This document shows, one piece after another, positions 38,001-47,488 of a stretch of 64,000 nt of DNA. The stretch comes from an uncultured Clostridia bacterium. GTDB taxonomy: Bacteria > Bacillota > Clostridia > Oscillospirales > CAG-272. The notes below the pieces were generated by a model. The model made no database searches and was not told the origin of the DNA. It saw nothing but the letters and a program-made list of their open reading frames with translations. The position numbers were made by a program, and so were the translations under genes. The stretch covers positions 7,575-71,574 of the forward strand of contig CALWJT010000006.1 of NCBI GenBank assembly GCA_944381075.1, written 5' to 3'. Positions within the stretch are counted from its first letter, which is position 1. Every line of letters starts with the position of its first letter.

Positions 38001-38780
38001 GTCCACTGCATCCACATCAAAATTATATTTGTCCGCAAGCGTTTTATCGACCACAAGATAGGTATACTCTGAGAGCAGATTGTTGTTGGGGATCGCCTTC
38101 ACATCGCCGGTGACAGCCTTTAAGGATTCGAGGAAGGTAGGATAAATATATTGCCTGAATTTCGTAAAATCCGTTCTCAGCAGATCTTCCACAGACAGCA
38201 GATATCCCTTCGAATCAAAATAATCGTACATATCCTTTCCGGCGATCATAATAATATCGACCGGAGATGCCGCTTCCGGATACAGGGTCTCGATTCTGCC
38301 GTCCTCAAGGATGGTAGTTTCTTCCGCCGTATAGACCTCGCCCGTGGAAATCGTCTCCGCAATCACCTTATTGACATGAATCGTCCATTTCCCGAAGAGC
38401 AGCTTCTGATCCGACTGGCTCTGGGATTCGTTCGCTTCCCGCTGGGCCAGATCATTGAAGCTCGTGATCGCTTCAAGCCTTATCGTATTGGCCTCGGCTT
38501 CGGCAAACCGCTCGTCAACAAGCGCGATATATTCATCGGCAGTCACCAATGTCAGATTGATCTGTGTTTTATATCGAGTCTTGGAAATACGATTCAGCGC
38601 CTCCTCTACGGCCTCAACCGCTTCAGGAGTCGTGGATTCCTCCGTAATTCCCAGCAGGTTAATGGTTGCCGGGAGCGTCTCCGTTGTATCTGAAACCTCG
38701 GTCTCTCCGCAGCCGGAAAACAGAAGTGCGCCCGCAAGCATACCGAGACATAGCACAACGCTAATTATTCTTTTCATCAT
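35082..38780 (-). CDS. Giant acidic lipoprotein with solute-binding-protein-like modules (orphan)
   Basis: 1232 aa with lipobox LLFSGCGE. By eye, the N-terminal ~480 aa resemble family-1 extracellular solute-binding lipoproteins. A second PBP-like segment is present (EFILSAEGQAILKENGY). There is a long D/E/Y-rich helical C-terminal half. Confidence 0.65.
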   Translation of the reverse strand: MMKRIISVVLCLGMLAGALLFSGCGETEVSDTTETLPATINLLGITEESTTPEAVEAVEEALNRISKTRYKTQINLTLVTADEYIALVDERFAEAEANTIRLEAITSFNDLAQREANESQSQSDQKLLFGKWTIHVNKVIAETISTGEVYTAEETTILEDGRIETLYPEAASPVDIIMIAGKDMYDYFDSKGYLLSVEDLLRTDFTKFRQYIYPTFLESLKAVTGDVKAIPNNNLLSEYTYLVVDKTLADKYNFDVDAVDSYDDLDAGDAGFLTQIKENEDVIPMATVPDALGIYQYFDDGIAVGTYFDPIYGYDTNEGTDFTIQNLFSIPQYREHLILMEEYEEKGYFSASSDTDEYAVTVVKGDASVPDLYGDDYYVKVLQNPFVEIDSIFEGMFAVSSYTSDEKRALQVLEMINTDSEVKNLLQYGIAYDGDNEDVANYQVNTIENEDGSFSYSITRLNHNYMMNNALTGNVYMGYPEEGQNVDAWTYYKETNLASALSPFLTFYLSDSDLDGMFDDIIRRACMMEVLAPLGYDYDEYEDANGTNTGSTMRTAFKRYYIVEFIEYLSQEGLTANTFRYVTRDSMSELEADFLEFILSAEGQAILKENGYTVDTDAEHYVQKDTPFTGTIDMCANMSNYERGYFEGAIEDLVAAYQEMYPDVVMNVPQRDQNSNYAMSMTRVADGTYDIAFMGSALSDVDAARGLTSTEIAVEYLEVFDSSTNMAYPISWYENKMIEKITAEKYSDIVSQSGLDLLISNKLGELAGIDLSRYSESSRPASETVVFENAKASADQYYSNISYLRVMAEILLWDELPESELERYRALSEVDFETAVFNYVRANYEKENNLTDEDYANLVHEFMASVLSFSGSDNSTYTVSWEEFQQAKESAQPYLTAAETIRDIYYDRLVAKLGSGYLNLLSLPETIDEIYEIAYEEYLTSNGLDKTEYENALMDQILDAVGTTNAEFSALSKSSDEYDDILAALRKEYKNILIDTYSKEAYDSANGIKNDEVIDAIFNYYLEDELHIYDQLCALANISYEDFSAAEESMENYEMYLNRMQTSFIYTLRTQYTQSQIDSWSYEEMETNLYNLLYNTGFYTNEMARYIGYSLSDYMLAKSDAVTYQNYIRTAANALSAELGELGYEVSEFVKLDRDTMETVLKDIIEEKYFSEKVLLEDVLADLSAEWMNGLDSADDMAAYLDEASDALSSDYFFMAVVGTLEASWNESKTAE

Positions 38781-38843
38781 TTGGCGTTCCTCCCCAAAAT
38801 CAATCTTCTATCTGTCAGAAAACTACAACAATATAACATTATT

Positions 38844-38872
38844 ATCATACATCAAAAAGGCATCTCTGTCAA
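38844..38872 (-). promoter_or_regulatory. Candidate promoter of the giant lipoprotein gene
   Basis: TTGACA, 17 bp, TATGAT on the minus strand. Confidence 0.55.
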
Positions 38873-39064
38873 GGCGTTTTTTCTCCCCGCAGCCTATGTA
38901 CGGACCCCTGGAGCCGCTCGAAAAAGCCATTTTTGCAAGAATCAAATCGTCATAATGCACAAACAATATTTTCATAGTTAGAAACAATATCCAACAAGAA
39001 TGTGTATTTAATCCAAAGCATTCTTTTTTTCTTGTGCAAAATATACTATTTTCGTCTGGAATCA

Positions 39065-40273
39065 TCAATTCAGATAATCCCTCAGCTTTTTAGAACGGCT
39101 GGGGTGCCGAAGCTTGCGCAGAGCCTTCGCTTCGATTTGACGGATCCGCTCTCTTGTAATGTTGAACTGCTGGCCAACCTCCTCCAGCGTGCGCTGACGG
39201 CCGTCCTCCAGTCCGAACCGCAGACGCAGGACCTGTTCTTCTCTCGGCGTCAGCGTATGGAGCACCTCGTTGAGCTGTTCACGGAGCAGCTCATAGGAGG
39301 CAGCCTCCGCGGGCGCAGGAGATTCCTGATCTTCGATAAAATCGCCGATATGGCTGTCCTCTTCCTCGCCGACCGGCGTCTCCAGCGATATCGGATCCTG
39401 CGCGATCTTCAAAATTTCACGCACCTTGTCGGGATTCATATTCATTTCCTTGGCGACCTCCGCCGCGGAAACCTCGCGTCCCTTCTCCTGAAGCATCTGA
39501 CGCGAAACCTTCGTCACCTTGTGGATGGTTTCCACCATATGAACGGGGATGCGGATCGTGCGCGCCTGGTCGGCAATGGCACGGGTGATCGCCTGTCTTA
39601 TCCACCATGTGGCATAGGTGGAAAATTTATAGCCCTTGGTATAATCAAACTTGGAAACGGCCTTCATAAGTCCCAGATTGCCCTCTTGAATCAGGTCAAG
39701 GAAGAAAAGCCCTTTGCCGACATACCGTTTCGCGATGCTGACGACAAGGCGCAGATTCGCCTCTACCAGCTCCTTTTTTGCCTGCTCGTCGCCCTCCGAC
39801 ATTTTTTTGGCAAGCTCCGCCTCCCTGTCGGCGTCGAGCAGCGGGACGCGGCCGATCTCCTTTAAATAAAGCTTCACCGGATCGTCGATGGTAAGTCCTT
39901 CTTGGACAAGGATCTTCTCCATATTTTCCGGCTTATCGAAATTCTCAAGGTCGGATTCGATGTCATCCTCGATATCGCCCACGATATCATCGTCGTCAAA
40001 GCACTCCGTGACGTCGATCCCGAGAGAATCCAGCGCCTCGTACAGCTTATCGATCTGATCGATATCATAGTCCGTATCGCCGAGCGCTGCAATGATCTCG
40101 CTGTTGGTAAGAGACCCCTTCTTCTTTGCTTTTTCAATCAGCTCCTGAAAGTCGTTCTTCTCCGGCTTTATGCCCTCGGCACTTTTTTCCGCTGGCTCCG
40201 CCGGAGCCGTTTCCTCCTTCTCCGCCGCCTTTGCTTCTTCGTTTTCCAACTCAGACATCCATTCCAAGTTCAT
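39065..40273 (-). CDS. rpoD: Primary sigma factor RpoD/SigA
   Basis: Regions 1.2-4.2 are present ([47 protein letters not shown]). The start was set at the ATG at 40273, 7 nt after GGAGG. Confidence 0.95.
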   Translation of the reverse strand: MNLEWMSELENEEAKAAEKEETAPAEPAEKSAEGIKPEKNDFQELIEKAKKKGSLTNSEIIAALGDTDYDIDQIDKLYEALDSLGIDVTECFDDDDIVGDIEDDIESDLENFDKPENMEKILVQEGLTIDDPVKLYLKEIGRVPLLDADREAELAKKMSEGDEQAKKELVEANLRLVVSIAKRYVGKGLFFLDLIQEGNLGLMKAVSKFDYTKGYKFSTYATWWIRQAITRAIADQARTIRIPVHMVETIHKVTKVSRQMLQEKGREVSAAEVAKEMNMNPDKVREILKIAQDPISLETPVGEEEDSHIGDFIEDQESPAPAEAASYELLREQLNEVLHTLTPREEQVLRLRFGLEDGRQRTLEEVGQQFNITRERIRQIEAKALRKLRHPSRSKKLRDYLN

Positions 40274-40296
40274 TGGTTTTCCTCCATCCATCTCTG

Positions 40297-42042
40297 TCAT
40301 TTCTTTTTTTTGCTCAACAGACTTTTGATTTCTTCGAGCTCGTTTTCCGTATTTTTCTCCTCCGCCGCCGCTTTCAGCGTCTGCACGTTCTCCTGAAGAA
40401 CCGCGAGATCGTTCTTCGACAGCGCGGACCGCTTGACCTGCATTGCCGTAATGCGGTCGATCTCCTCCAAGGTAAAGTCCTGCGCAAGCGCCCCGATATC
40501 GCATTTTTCCCCGCACGCCGTCAGTGCCTCGAATACGCGCCGGTTGAACGCCGTCACAAAATCGTCTGCACACAGTGCGACCGTACCGCGGCGGATCTCC
40601 GGGATAAGCTCCGGACGAAGCAAAAGGATCCCGATGATCGCTTCCTCTGCACGCGCGGCCTTGGCGTTGCCGACGAACTCCCGGTTGACGCGGTCGCCAT
40701 AGCCGAGCGTATCAGAGACGACCTTACGCCGCAGCTCCGTATCCTCTTCCCTTTGTTTCCGGCGCATCCGGCGCTCGACATCACGGGCGAGATTGGACGG
40801 CTCAACGGACAGCCGCTCTGCGATTCTCGTTATGTAAATTTCCCTTTCCACATCGGACCAGATCCCGCAGATCACGCCGCAAAGCTCGTCGGCCGCCTTC
40901 ATTTTCTCCTCCGGAATGAGGATATCATACTTTTTCAGCACGCTGTCGCAAAGATAATCGAGCTTGCCCTGGCTGTCTTCCAGCAGCGTCTTGAACCTCG
41001 CCGCGCCGAATTTCTTGATATATTCGTCCGGATCCTTGGCGCCCTCCATGCGAAGCAGCTTCACCTCCAGTCCGACGTCCGTCAGGATCGGGATCGCGCG
41101 CTTGGCTGCCGCGACTCCTGCGTCGTCGCTGTCGTAGGATAAAATGACCTTTTTCGTGTATTTCGCCATGATGCGCGCCTGCTCCGACGTCAGCGCCGTA
41201 CCGAGCGTCGCCACCGCGTTCGGGAAACCGGCCATATTGACGGCGATCACATCCATATATCCCTCGCATAGGATCAGAGATTCTGCGCAGGCGTTTCTCG
41301 CAAAATTGAGGGCGAACAGATTCCGGCTTTTTTTGAAGACCGGCGTATCCGACGTATTGAGATATTTCGGCTTCTCATCCCCCAGCGCTCTGCCGCCGAA
41401 AGCGATTACATTGGAGAAATTATCGATGATAGGAAACATGATCCGTCCGCGGAAATAATCGAAATATCCGCCTGTACGCTCGCTTTTCCCACATAAAAAC
41501 GCTTCCTTCAGCTCCTCGTCCCGGTATCCCAGCGAATGCATATGATCGCTCAGCGCATGGAAGCTGTTCGGCGCAAAGCCAAGTCCGAAGCGTTTGACCG
41601 CGGCGCGGGAAAGTCCGCGTTTTTTCAGGTATTCTCTTGCCGGCTCCGACTCCGGCGCATACAGCGCCTTATTGAAAAAAAGCGCCGCAGCCCGGTTCAT
41701 TTCATACATACGGGAGCGCTTGATCGTCTCGCTTTTCCCCCCGTCCGCTTCCTCCGGCATCTCCAGTCCGGAACGCTTGGCAAGGAATTCGACAGCACCC
41801 GGATATTCCAGATTTTCCGCGCGCATGATAAAGGATATGACATCACCTCCCGCGCCGCAGCCGAAGCAGTGGAAGGTCTCCGTATTCGGGAACACCGTAA
41901 AGGACGGTGTCCTTTCGCTATGGAACGGGCACAGTCCCTGATAAACAGACCCCGCCCTTTTGAGATTCACATAAGAGGCAATGACATCTTCGATTTTATT
42001 TCTATACTTTATTTCATCAATGAAGCTTTGAGGGATTCGCAT
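40297..42042 (-). CDS. dnaG: DNA primase
   Basis: 581 aa with the Zn-finger [13 protein letters not shown]...CFGCG and a TOPRIM domain. Confidence 0.95.
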   Translation of the reverse strand: MRIPQSFIDEIKYRNKIEDVIASYVNLKRAGSVYQGLCPFHSERTPSFTVFPNTETFHCFGCGAGGDVISFIMRAENLEYPGAVEFLAKRSGLEMPEEADGGKSETIKRSRMYEMNRAAALFFNKALYAPESEPAREYLKKRGLSRAAVKRFGLGFAPNSFHALSDHMHSLGYRDEELKEAFLCGKSERTGGYFDYFRGRIMFPIIDNFSNVIAFGGRALGDEKPKYLNTSDTPVFKKSRNLFALNFARNACAESLILCEGYMDVIAVNMAGFPNAVATLGTALTSEQARIMAKYTKKVILSYDSDDAGVAAAKRAIPILTDVGLEVKLLRMEGAKDPDEYIKKFGAARFKTLLEDSQGKLDYLCDSVLKKYDILIPEEKMKAADELCGVICGIWSDVEREIYITRIAERLSVEPSNLARDVERRMRRKQREEDTELRRKVVSDTLGYGDRVNREFVGNAKAARAEEAIIGILLLRPELIPEIRRGTVALCADDFVTAFNRRVFEALTACGEKCDIGALAQDFTLEEIDRITAMQVKRSALSKNDLAVLQENVQTLKAAAEEKNTENELEEIKSLLSKKKK

Positions 42043-42091
42043 CGCACCGCCTCCTTTCGATTTTTGCAGGGTCCTGTCCGCTTATGCCGTT

Positions 42092-43099
42092 TCAATTCAT
42101 CTTCCAAACCTTCGGGATAAACAGCGTCTCAAAAATGTTGATGGCATAACGGTCCGTCATGCCGGCAATATAATCGCATACGCGCCGCTCCACAGGCTCT
42201 CCCGTATCGCAGACGCTGTATTCGTCGACAGGCATTTTTTCCGGATTTTTTACAAAATATTCATACATCTGCCGCAGCATGTCCTTGGCGCGCCCCTCTT
42301 CGCTCTTCGCTTCCGGATTTCGGTAGACGCGCTCGAACAAAAACGCACGCAGCCGCATCATCGCATCATAAATCTCATCGGTCATGATAATATCATTTTT
42401 ACCCGACGACGCAAAAATTATGTCATTTACGAGCGTTCCGATGCGCTCGGAATGCGTAAATCCGAGAATTTCGCAGAGCTCCCGCGGAATATCCTCTTTT
42501 TTTAGGATCTTGGCACGGATTGCGTCGTCGATATCATGATTGATATAAGCGATCCTGTCCGCAAATTTAACAATCCTTCCCTCCAGCGTAGAAGCAAGAT
42601 TCTCTCCGGCATGGTTGACGATTCCGTCTCGCACCTCATAGGTAAGGTTCAGTCCCATTCCGCCGTTTTCCAGCTTGTCCACGACGCGCAGGCTCTGCCT
42701 GTAATGGGTAAAATCCGGAGAATAGCATTCCTGGAGAACATATTCCCCCGCATGACCGAACGGCGTATGCCCAAGATCATGGCCGAGCGCCGCCGCTTCC
42801 GTCAAATCCTCGTTGAGGGAAAGTCCGCGGGCGATCGTGCGCGCGATCTGCGTCACCTCCAGCGTATGCGTGAGGCGCGTGCGGTAATGATCGTCCTCCG
42901 GACAAAGAAAAACCTGCGTTTTGTGCATCAGGCGCCGAAACGCCTTGCAGTGGATAATTCGATCGCGGTCGCGCTGAAATTCCGTTCGCGTCGTACATGG
43001 GACACAAAGATGCTCTCTGCCCCGCGTATTCTCACAGAGGCAGGCGAATTCCGACAGATATTCCCGTTCCCGTGCGCAAAGTCTTTGAGCAATGGTCAT
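42092..43099 (-). CDS. dGTP triphosphohydrolase-like HD-domain protein
   Basis: 335 aa with FQRDRDRIIH and an HD motif (HDLGHTPFGH). Confidence 0.85.
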   Translation of the reverse strand: MTIAQRLCAREREYLSEFACLCENTRGREHLCVPCTTRTEFQRDRDRIIHCKAFRRLMHKTQVFLCPEDDHYRTRLTHTLEVTQIARTIARGLSLNEDLTEAAALGHDLGHTPFGHAGEYVLQECYSPDFTHYRQSLRVVDKLENGGMGLNLTYEVRDGIVNHAGENLASTLEGRIVKFADRIAYINHDIDDAIRAKILKKEDIPRELCEILGFTHSERIGTLVNDIIFASSGKNDIIMTDEIYDAMMRLRAFLFERVYRNPEAKSEEGRAKDMLRQMYEYFVKNPEKMPVDEYSVCDTGEPVERRVCDYIAGMTDRYAINIFETLFIPKVWKMN

Positions 43100-43183
43100 T
43101 TGAAACCTCCAAAATCGTCATAGAACGTTAAAAAACAGCTTCCGCAGCGTTGATAAAAGAATCCCTTCTATAAATAAATACGC

Positions 43184-43242
43184 AAAAAAATCGAAAAATC
43201 CTTTTTCCAAACAAAAATTTTAAAGGATTTTTCGATTTTTTT
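43184..43242. other. AT-rich perfect 21-bp inverted repeat (hairpin or bidirectional terminator-like)
   Basis: AAAAAAATCGAAAAATCCTTT (43184-43204) and AAAGGATTTTTCGATTTTTTT (43222-43242) with a 17-nt loop. Confidence 0.6.
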
Positions 43243-43499
43243 CACGAGCCGACAGCCGTATCTGCCAAATCCTTCCGAGGCCATCCGGCTTTTTCGGTCT
43301 GACGCCCTTGCCATGGAATGGCAGGAGGAACCGCGGCGCTGCTGAAATTCTTCCATGGAATCGGAATTTTCCCCGCGCTGCAGGAACGGTCCTCCCCCTG
43401 CCTGAACCGCGGCATCCTGCGGGGCTTGCCCAATATTCTGTTCAGGCAAAAAATTTCGATCTCCCTCAAACAGGGATACAGCTTTTCCTTGTTCCCCTC

Positions 43500-44114
43500 T
43501 CAATCGAACACAGGCGTCCAAGCGTTTGCCTCATAGGCGCGGAAGCACATACGGACCTGGTCTTCCGTATTTTTCTCGACGGAAAGTTCCGGAAGATTTT
43601 TTTCATCAAAATAATCAATCCCTATCGTCTCTATGTTGTCTTTGAAATTCCCGCCGAGAACGGAACATAAAACAAAGATTTTGCATACGCCGTATGCGTA
43701 GACAGGAGAATTATGCTTATTTCTGTCTTGGATGGCAATGATTCGATCAGCGGACACCTGCAGTCCCGTTTCTTCTTTTACTTCCTTTATGGTGTTTTCC
43801 TTTACCGATACATTGACATCGACCCAGCCGCCCGGCAAAGACCATTTTCCGTTCTTCTCCTGCGCAAGAAGGATTTTCCCATTTTTAAAAATCGCCGCTC
43901 TCGTATCCAGCTTCGGCGTTTGATAGCCGCTCTCATTACAAAACAGATCTTTTACCTTGTCAAGCGGGATGTCTGTTTTATACGACATCATTTCAGCGGA
44001 AATCTCCCGTATCCGCTCATAGCGCTCTTTATCATATACATCTTTCGTATACGTCAACCCCGCCTGCGCAAGGCTTTGTAATTCGATCGCCCATTCCAGC
44101 CATTTCGTATTCAT
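43500..44114 (-). CDS. NUDIX hydrolase with an N-terminal Nudix_N_2-like domain
   Basis: Nudix box GGWVDVNVSVKENTIKEVKEETG. The start was trimmed to the ATG at 44114, which has a GGGAGG RBS. Confidence 0.8.
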   Translation of the reverse strand: MNTKWLEWAIELQSLAQAGLTYTKDVYDKERYERIREISAEMMSYKTDIPLDKVKDLFCNESGYQTPKLDTRAAIFKNGKILLAQEKNGKWSLPGGWVDVNVSVKENTIKEVKEETGLQVSADRIIAIQDRNKHNSPVYAYGVCKIFVLCSVLGGNFKDNIETIGIDYFDEKNLPELSVEKNTEDQVRMCFRAYEANAWTPVFD

Positions 44115-44419
44115 ACATGCCTCCCGTATCCGCGCCTTCCCATCCCGATAAGACGCATTTTTCCAATCGAACCGCATAGGCCGGCCTGCTCTTTCACACC
44201 GTCCCGGGGTCCAAAGCCCAAAATCCCGCAAAACCATATTGAGATTTCCCGCAAGCAAGCCCATATAGTGCGTGCGGCGACGGACCGTCAAAGGGCAGGC
44301 AGCACGAAAAATGAAGTTTCTGCTCATCCTGCTTTTTCCTTCCCGGAAAAATCGCCGCAATCCCAGACAGAATGCCCGCACTTACCGCCAGAAAAACCAA
44401 ATGCCGAGCACTCGCGCGC

Positions 44420-45058
44420 TCACCTGTCCGCCGGCATTTTCCCATCCAAGCGCACAGCTACCTTTTCCGGAAGCCTTTTGCCGCCGGTCAGGGAGAATAC
44501 CATTTTGCAGAAAGCTTCGTAATCCGATGTAAGAACAGCGAGCCGCAGCGTGATCTCCCCCGCAAAGTCCGTACCGTCCACCAGGATATCCCGCTTTCCG
44601 ATCTCATACATCATGCGGTCGTACACCGAATAATCAATGATAAGCCGGCATTCCGTGTAACTTTTGTATACGACAAGTCCCGCCGCGCTGACCGCCATCG
44701 ACGCCGCCTTGGAATAGGCGCGCACAAGTCCCGGCGCGCCGAGCAGGATCCCGCCGAAATACCGCGTGACGACGATAAGCGCCTGATCGGCCCCGCTCTT
44801 TTTCAGCACCTCCAGCACCGGCACGCCTCCGGTCCCCTTCGGTTCCCCGTCGTCACTGCACCGCACGGCGCTCCCGATGATGTAGGCAAAGACATGATGG
44901 CGCGCTCCCATGTGTCTTTCCCGCACTGACAGCAGGAACGCCTCTGCTGCAGGAACACTCTCTACCGGCGCCGCCTGTCCGATAAAAATCGATTTCTTCT
45001 CCGTATATTCGGCCTCGGCGGCGCATCCGAACGTAACAAGTCCTTCCTTCATATACAT
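44420..45058 (-). CDS. yigZ: YigZ/IMPACT-family protein
   Basis: Motifs KKSIFIGQAAPV, HHVFAYI and VVTRYFGGILLG. The start was trimmed to 45058. Confidence 0.8.
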   Translation of the reverse strand: MYMKEGLVTFGCAAEAEYTEKKSIFIGQAAPVESVPAAEAFLLSVRERHMGARHHVFAYIIGSAVRCSDDGEPKGTGGVPVLEVLKKSGADQALIVVTRYFGGILLGAPGLVRAYSKAASMAVSAAGLVVYKSYTECRLIIDYSVYDRMMYEIGKRDILVDGTDFAGEITLRLAVLTSDYEAFCKMVFSLTGGKRLPEKVAVRLDGKMPADR

Positions 45059-45068
45059 GCAGGACCCG

Positions 45069-46340
45069 TCATGACCGGACCAGATATTCGCCGAGCTGTC
45101 CTGCTGTTTTCCTGTCACAGACCGCAAGGACATGCGCGCCGTCGTCCCCATATTCGACGGAGGTGACGTTTGCCCCCGCATAAAGCGCCGCGACAAGCCC
45201 CAGCTTATCGGACGGGAAGAAAAACTCGCACGGGCGCTTGCCGTCTGCGGCAAGCGCCTCAAGACGGCGCACAAGCTCATCCACGCCCTCGCCGGTCGCG
45301 GCGGAAAGAAACACATTCTGTCCGGAATCCGTCGCCGGGTGAACGGCGATGCCAAGATCGCACTTATTGTAGACAAAGAGCATGGGCTTATCCGAGGCGT
45401 CCAGCTCGGCGATCAGATTTTTCGTGACCTGCACCTGCGCCGGCGCTTCGGGATCGGACGCATCGATGACGACAAGGATTGCATCCGCATAGCGCACCTC
45501 ATCGAGCGTGGAACGAAAGGCTTCGATCAAATGATGCGGCAGGTTGCGGATAAAGCCGACCGTATCGGTCAGCAGAATCTCCTCGCCGGACGGGAGCACA
45601 AAACGCCTTGTCGTTGGATCGAGCGTCGCAAACAGCTTGTCCTGCGCAAGGATACCGGCACTCGTCAGGAAATTCATCAGCGTGGACTTGCCCGCATTCG
45701 TATAGCCGGCGATCGCGACCTTGAAAATGCCGGCGCGCTCTCTCGCGCTTCGCTGGACGGTCCGGTTTTTGGCAAGAGAAGCAAGCTCCGCCTCCAAAGC
45801 GTCGATCCTGCGCCTCACATGGCGGCGGTCCGTCTCCAGCTTGCTCTCGCCCGGGCCTCTTGTCCCAATCCCGCCGCCAAGCCGCGAAAGCTGAGCGCCG
45901 TGTCCCATGAGGCGCGGCACCGTATATTTGAGCTGTGCCAGCTCGACCTGAAGCTTCCCCTCTCCGCTTTTCGCATGGAGCGCAAAAATATCAAGGATCA
46001 GCATGCTCCGGTCGATGACCTGCACCTCTTCCAGCGCATCCTCCAGATTTTTGATCTGAGACGGTGTGAGCTCGCAGTCAAAGATCACCATATGGATCTC
46101 GCCGGAGCGGCAAAGCTCTGCAAGCTCCCCTACCTTTCCGCTGCCGATATAAGTACGCGCATCGGGCGCTTCCTTTTCCTGTATCATGCGGGCGTAAACA
46201 TCGGCGCCGGCCGTTTCGGCAAGGCGCGCAAGCTCATCAAAGGACGCCTCCGCCTCCCGTTTGTCCGCTCCCTTTTCCATCACGGAGACGAGGATAACTC
46301 CATTTTTTTCCTTTTCATTAAAAATTTTTTCTGCTGTCAT
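45069..46340 (-). CDS. hflX: GTPase HflX
   Basis: G1 motif GYTNAGKST, DTVGF and NKCD. The start at 46340 follows GGAGG. Confidence 0.9.
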   Translation of the reverse strand: MTAEKIFNEKEKNGVILVSVMEKGADKREAEASFDELARLAETAGADVYARMIQEKEAPDARTYIGSGKVGELAELCRSGEIHMVIFDCELTPSQIKNLEDALEEVQVIDRSMLILDIFALHAKSGEGKLQVELAQLKYTVPRLMGHGAQLSRLGGGIGTRGPGESKLETDRRHVRRRIDALEAELASLAKNRTVQRSARERAGIFKVAIAGYTNAGKSTLMNFLTSAGILAQDKLFATLDPTTRRFVLPSGEEILLTDTVGFIRNLPHHLIEAFRSTLDEVRYADAILVVIDASDPEAPAQVQVTKNLIAELDASDKPMLFVYNKCDLGIAVHPATDSGQNVFLSAATGEGVDELVRRLEALAADGKRPCEFFFPSDKLGLVAALYAGANVTSVEYGDDGAHVLAVCDRKTAGQLGEYLVRS

Positions 46341-46363
46341 AGATACCTCCGCAGCTTCCGAAA

Positions 46364-46398
46364 TAAAAAAGCGGGAAAACCACATGGTTATCCCGCTT
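46364..46398 (-). terminator. Intrinsic terminator after rpmE
   Basis: AAGCGGGA / TCCCGCTT stem followed by TTTTTTATTT on the minus strand. Confidence 0.6.
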
Positions 46399-46418
46399 TC
46401 AAATCCCAATAAAAGCTC

Positions 46419-46622
46419 TTACTTCTTGGATTCCAGACGCTTTTTGAATTTGTCAACGCGTCCGCCGGCATCTACAAATTTCTGCTTGCCGGTAAAGAAA
46501 GGATGACATTTCGAGCAGATTTCCACTCTGAAATCGCCCTTTGTGGATTTTGTATTTATCACTTCGCCGCACGCGCATCTGACCGTCGCGTCGACATAGT
46601 TCGGATGGATTCCTTCCTTCAT
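46419..46622 (-). CDS. rpmE: 50S ribosomal protein L31 (Zn-binding type)
   Basis: 67 aa with MKEGIHPNY and the CxC...CSKCHPF motif. Confidence 0.95.
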   Translation of the reverse strand: MKEGIHPNYVDATVRCACGEVINTKSTKGDFRVEICSKCHPFFTGKQKFVDAGGRVDKFKKRLESKK

Positions 46623-46717
46623 TGTTCACACCTCGCATTTCTCATATTCACAGTATTTTTTATGATATCACAGTTTTTTCTTTTTTGCAAGAGGTTTTTC
46701 AGATTTTCTTGTTTTTT

Positions 46718-47428
46718 TCAGATTTTATCCTTGATTTCGTCGCGCAGGCGGTCGATGATCTTCTTTTCAAGCCGCGATATGTACGATTGAGAAATGCCGA
46801 GCGCGTCCGCGACCTCTTTCTGCGTCATTTCCCTGCCGCCGGCAAGCCCGAAACGGAGCTCGATGATTTCCCGCTCCCGCGGCGCAAGCCCTGCGACGGC
46901 CTCGTATATGATCTTTCGCTCCTCGTCCATTTCGATATCCCGCATGGCGCTGTTTTCTTCCGTTCCAAGCACATCGGAAAGCAGCAGCTCGTTCCCGTCC
47001 CAGTCGGTCGAAAGCGGCTCGTCGAAGGAGAGTTCTGAGCGGATATTTCCGCTTTTGCGGATATACATCAGGATTTCGTTTTCAATACAGCGGGAAGCAT
47101 AAGTGGCAAGCTTGATGTTCTTATCCGGACGGAACGTATTCGCCGCCTTGATAAGGCCGATGGTCCCGATGGAAATGAGGTCCTCGATGCCGACGCCGGT
47201 ATTCTCGAATTTTTTGGCGATGTACACGACAAGGCGCAGGTTTCTCTCAACAAGGATCCTTCGGCCTTCCCCACCCTCATCAAGCCTTGAAAGAATCTCT
47301 GCTTCTTCCTCTGCGGAAAGCGGCGGCGGAAGCGTTTCCGCGCCGCCGATATAGTATATGCCCTTCCCCAGTCCAAGCCTTTTGAGAAGCCGTATCCATA
47401 TCTGTTTGATTTTCGTCAGAAGCTTCAT
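46718..47428 (-). CDS. sigE: Sporulation sigma factor SigE (pro-sigma-E)
   Basis: Pro-sequence followed by [14 protein letters not shown], and near-identical blocks to B. subtilis SigE ([46 protein letters not shown]). It lies directly downstream of spoIIGA. Confidence 0.9.
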   Translation of the reverse strand: MKLLTKIKQIWIRLLKRLGLGKGIYYIGGAETLPPPLSAEEEAEILSRLDEGGEGRRILVERNLRLVVYIAKKFENTGVGIEDLISIGTIGLIKAANTFRPDKNIKLATYASRCIENEILMYIRKSGNIRSELSFDEPLSTDWDGNELLLSDVLGTEENSAMRDIEMDEERKIIYEAVAGLAPREREIIELRFGLAGGREMTQKEVADALGISQSYISRLEKKIIDRLRDEIKDKI

Positions 47429-47488
47429 CGTTTTTCCTCCTTCTTTGCTATGCCAAACGCCGGAACGTCGGCGTTTCCGTACTCCCAA

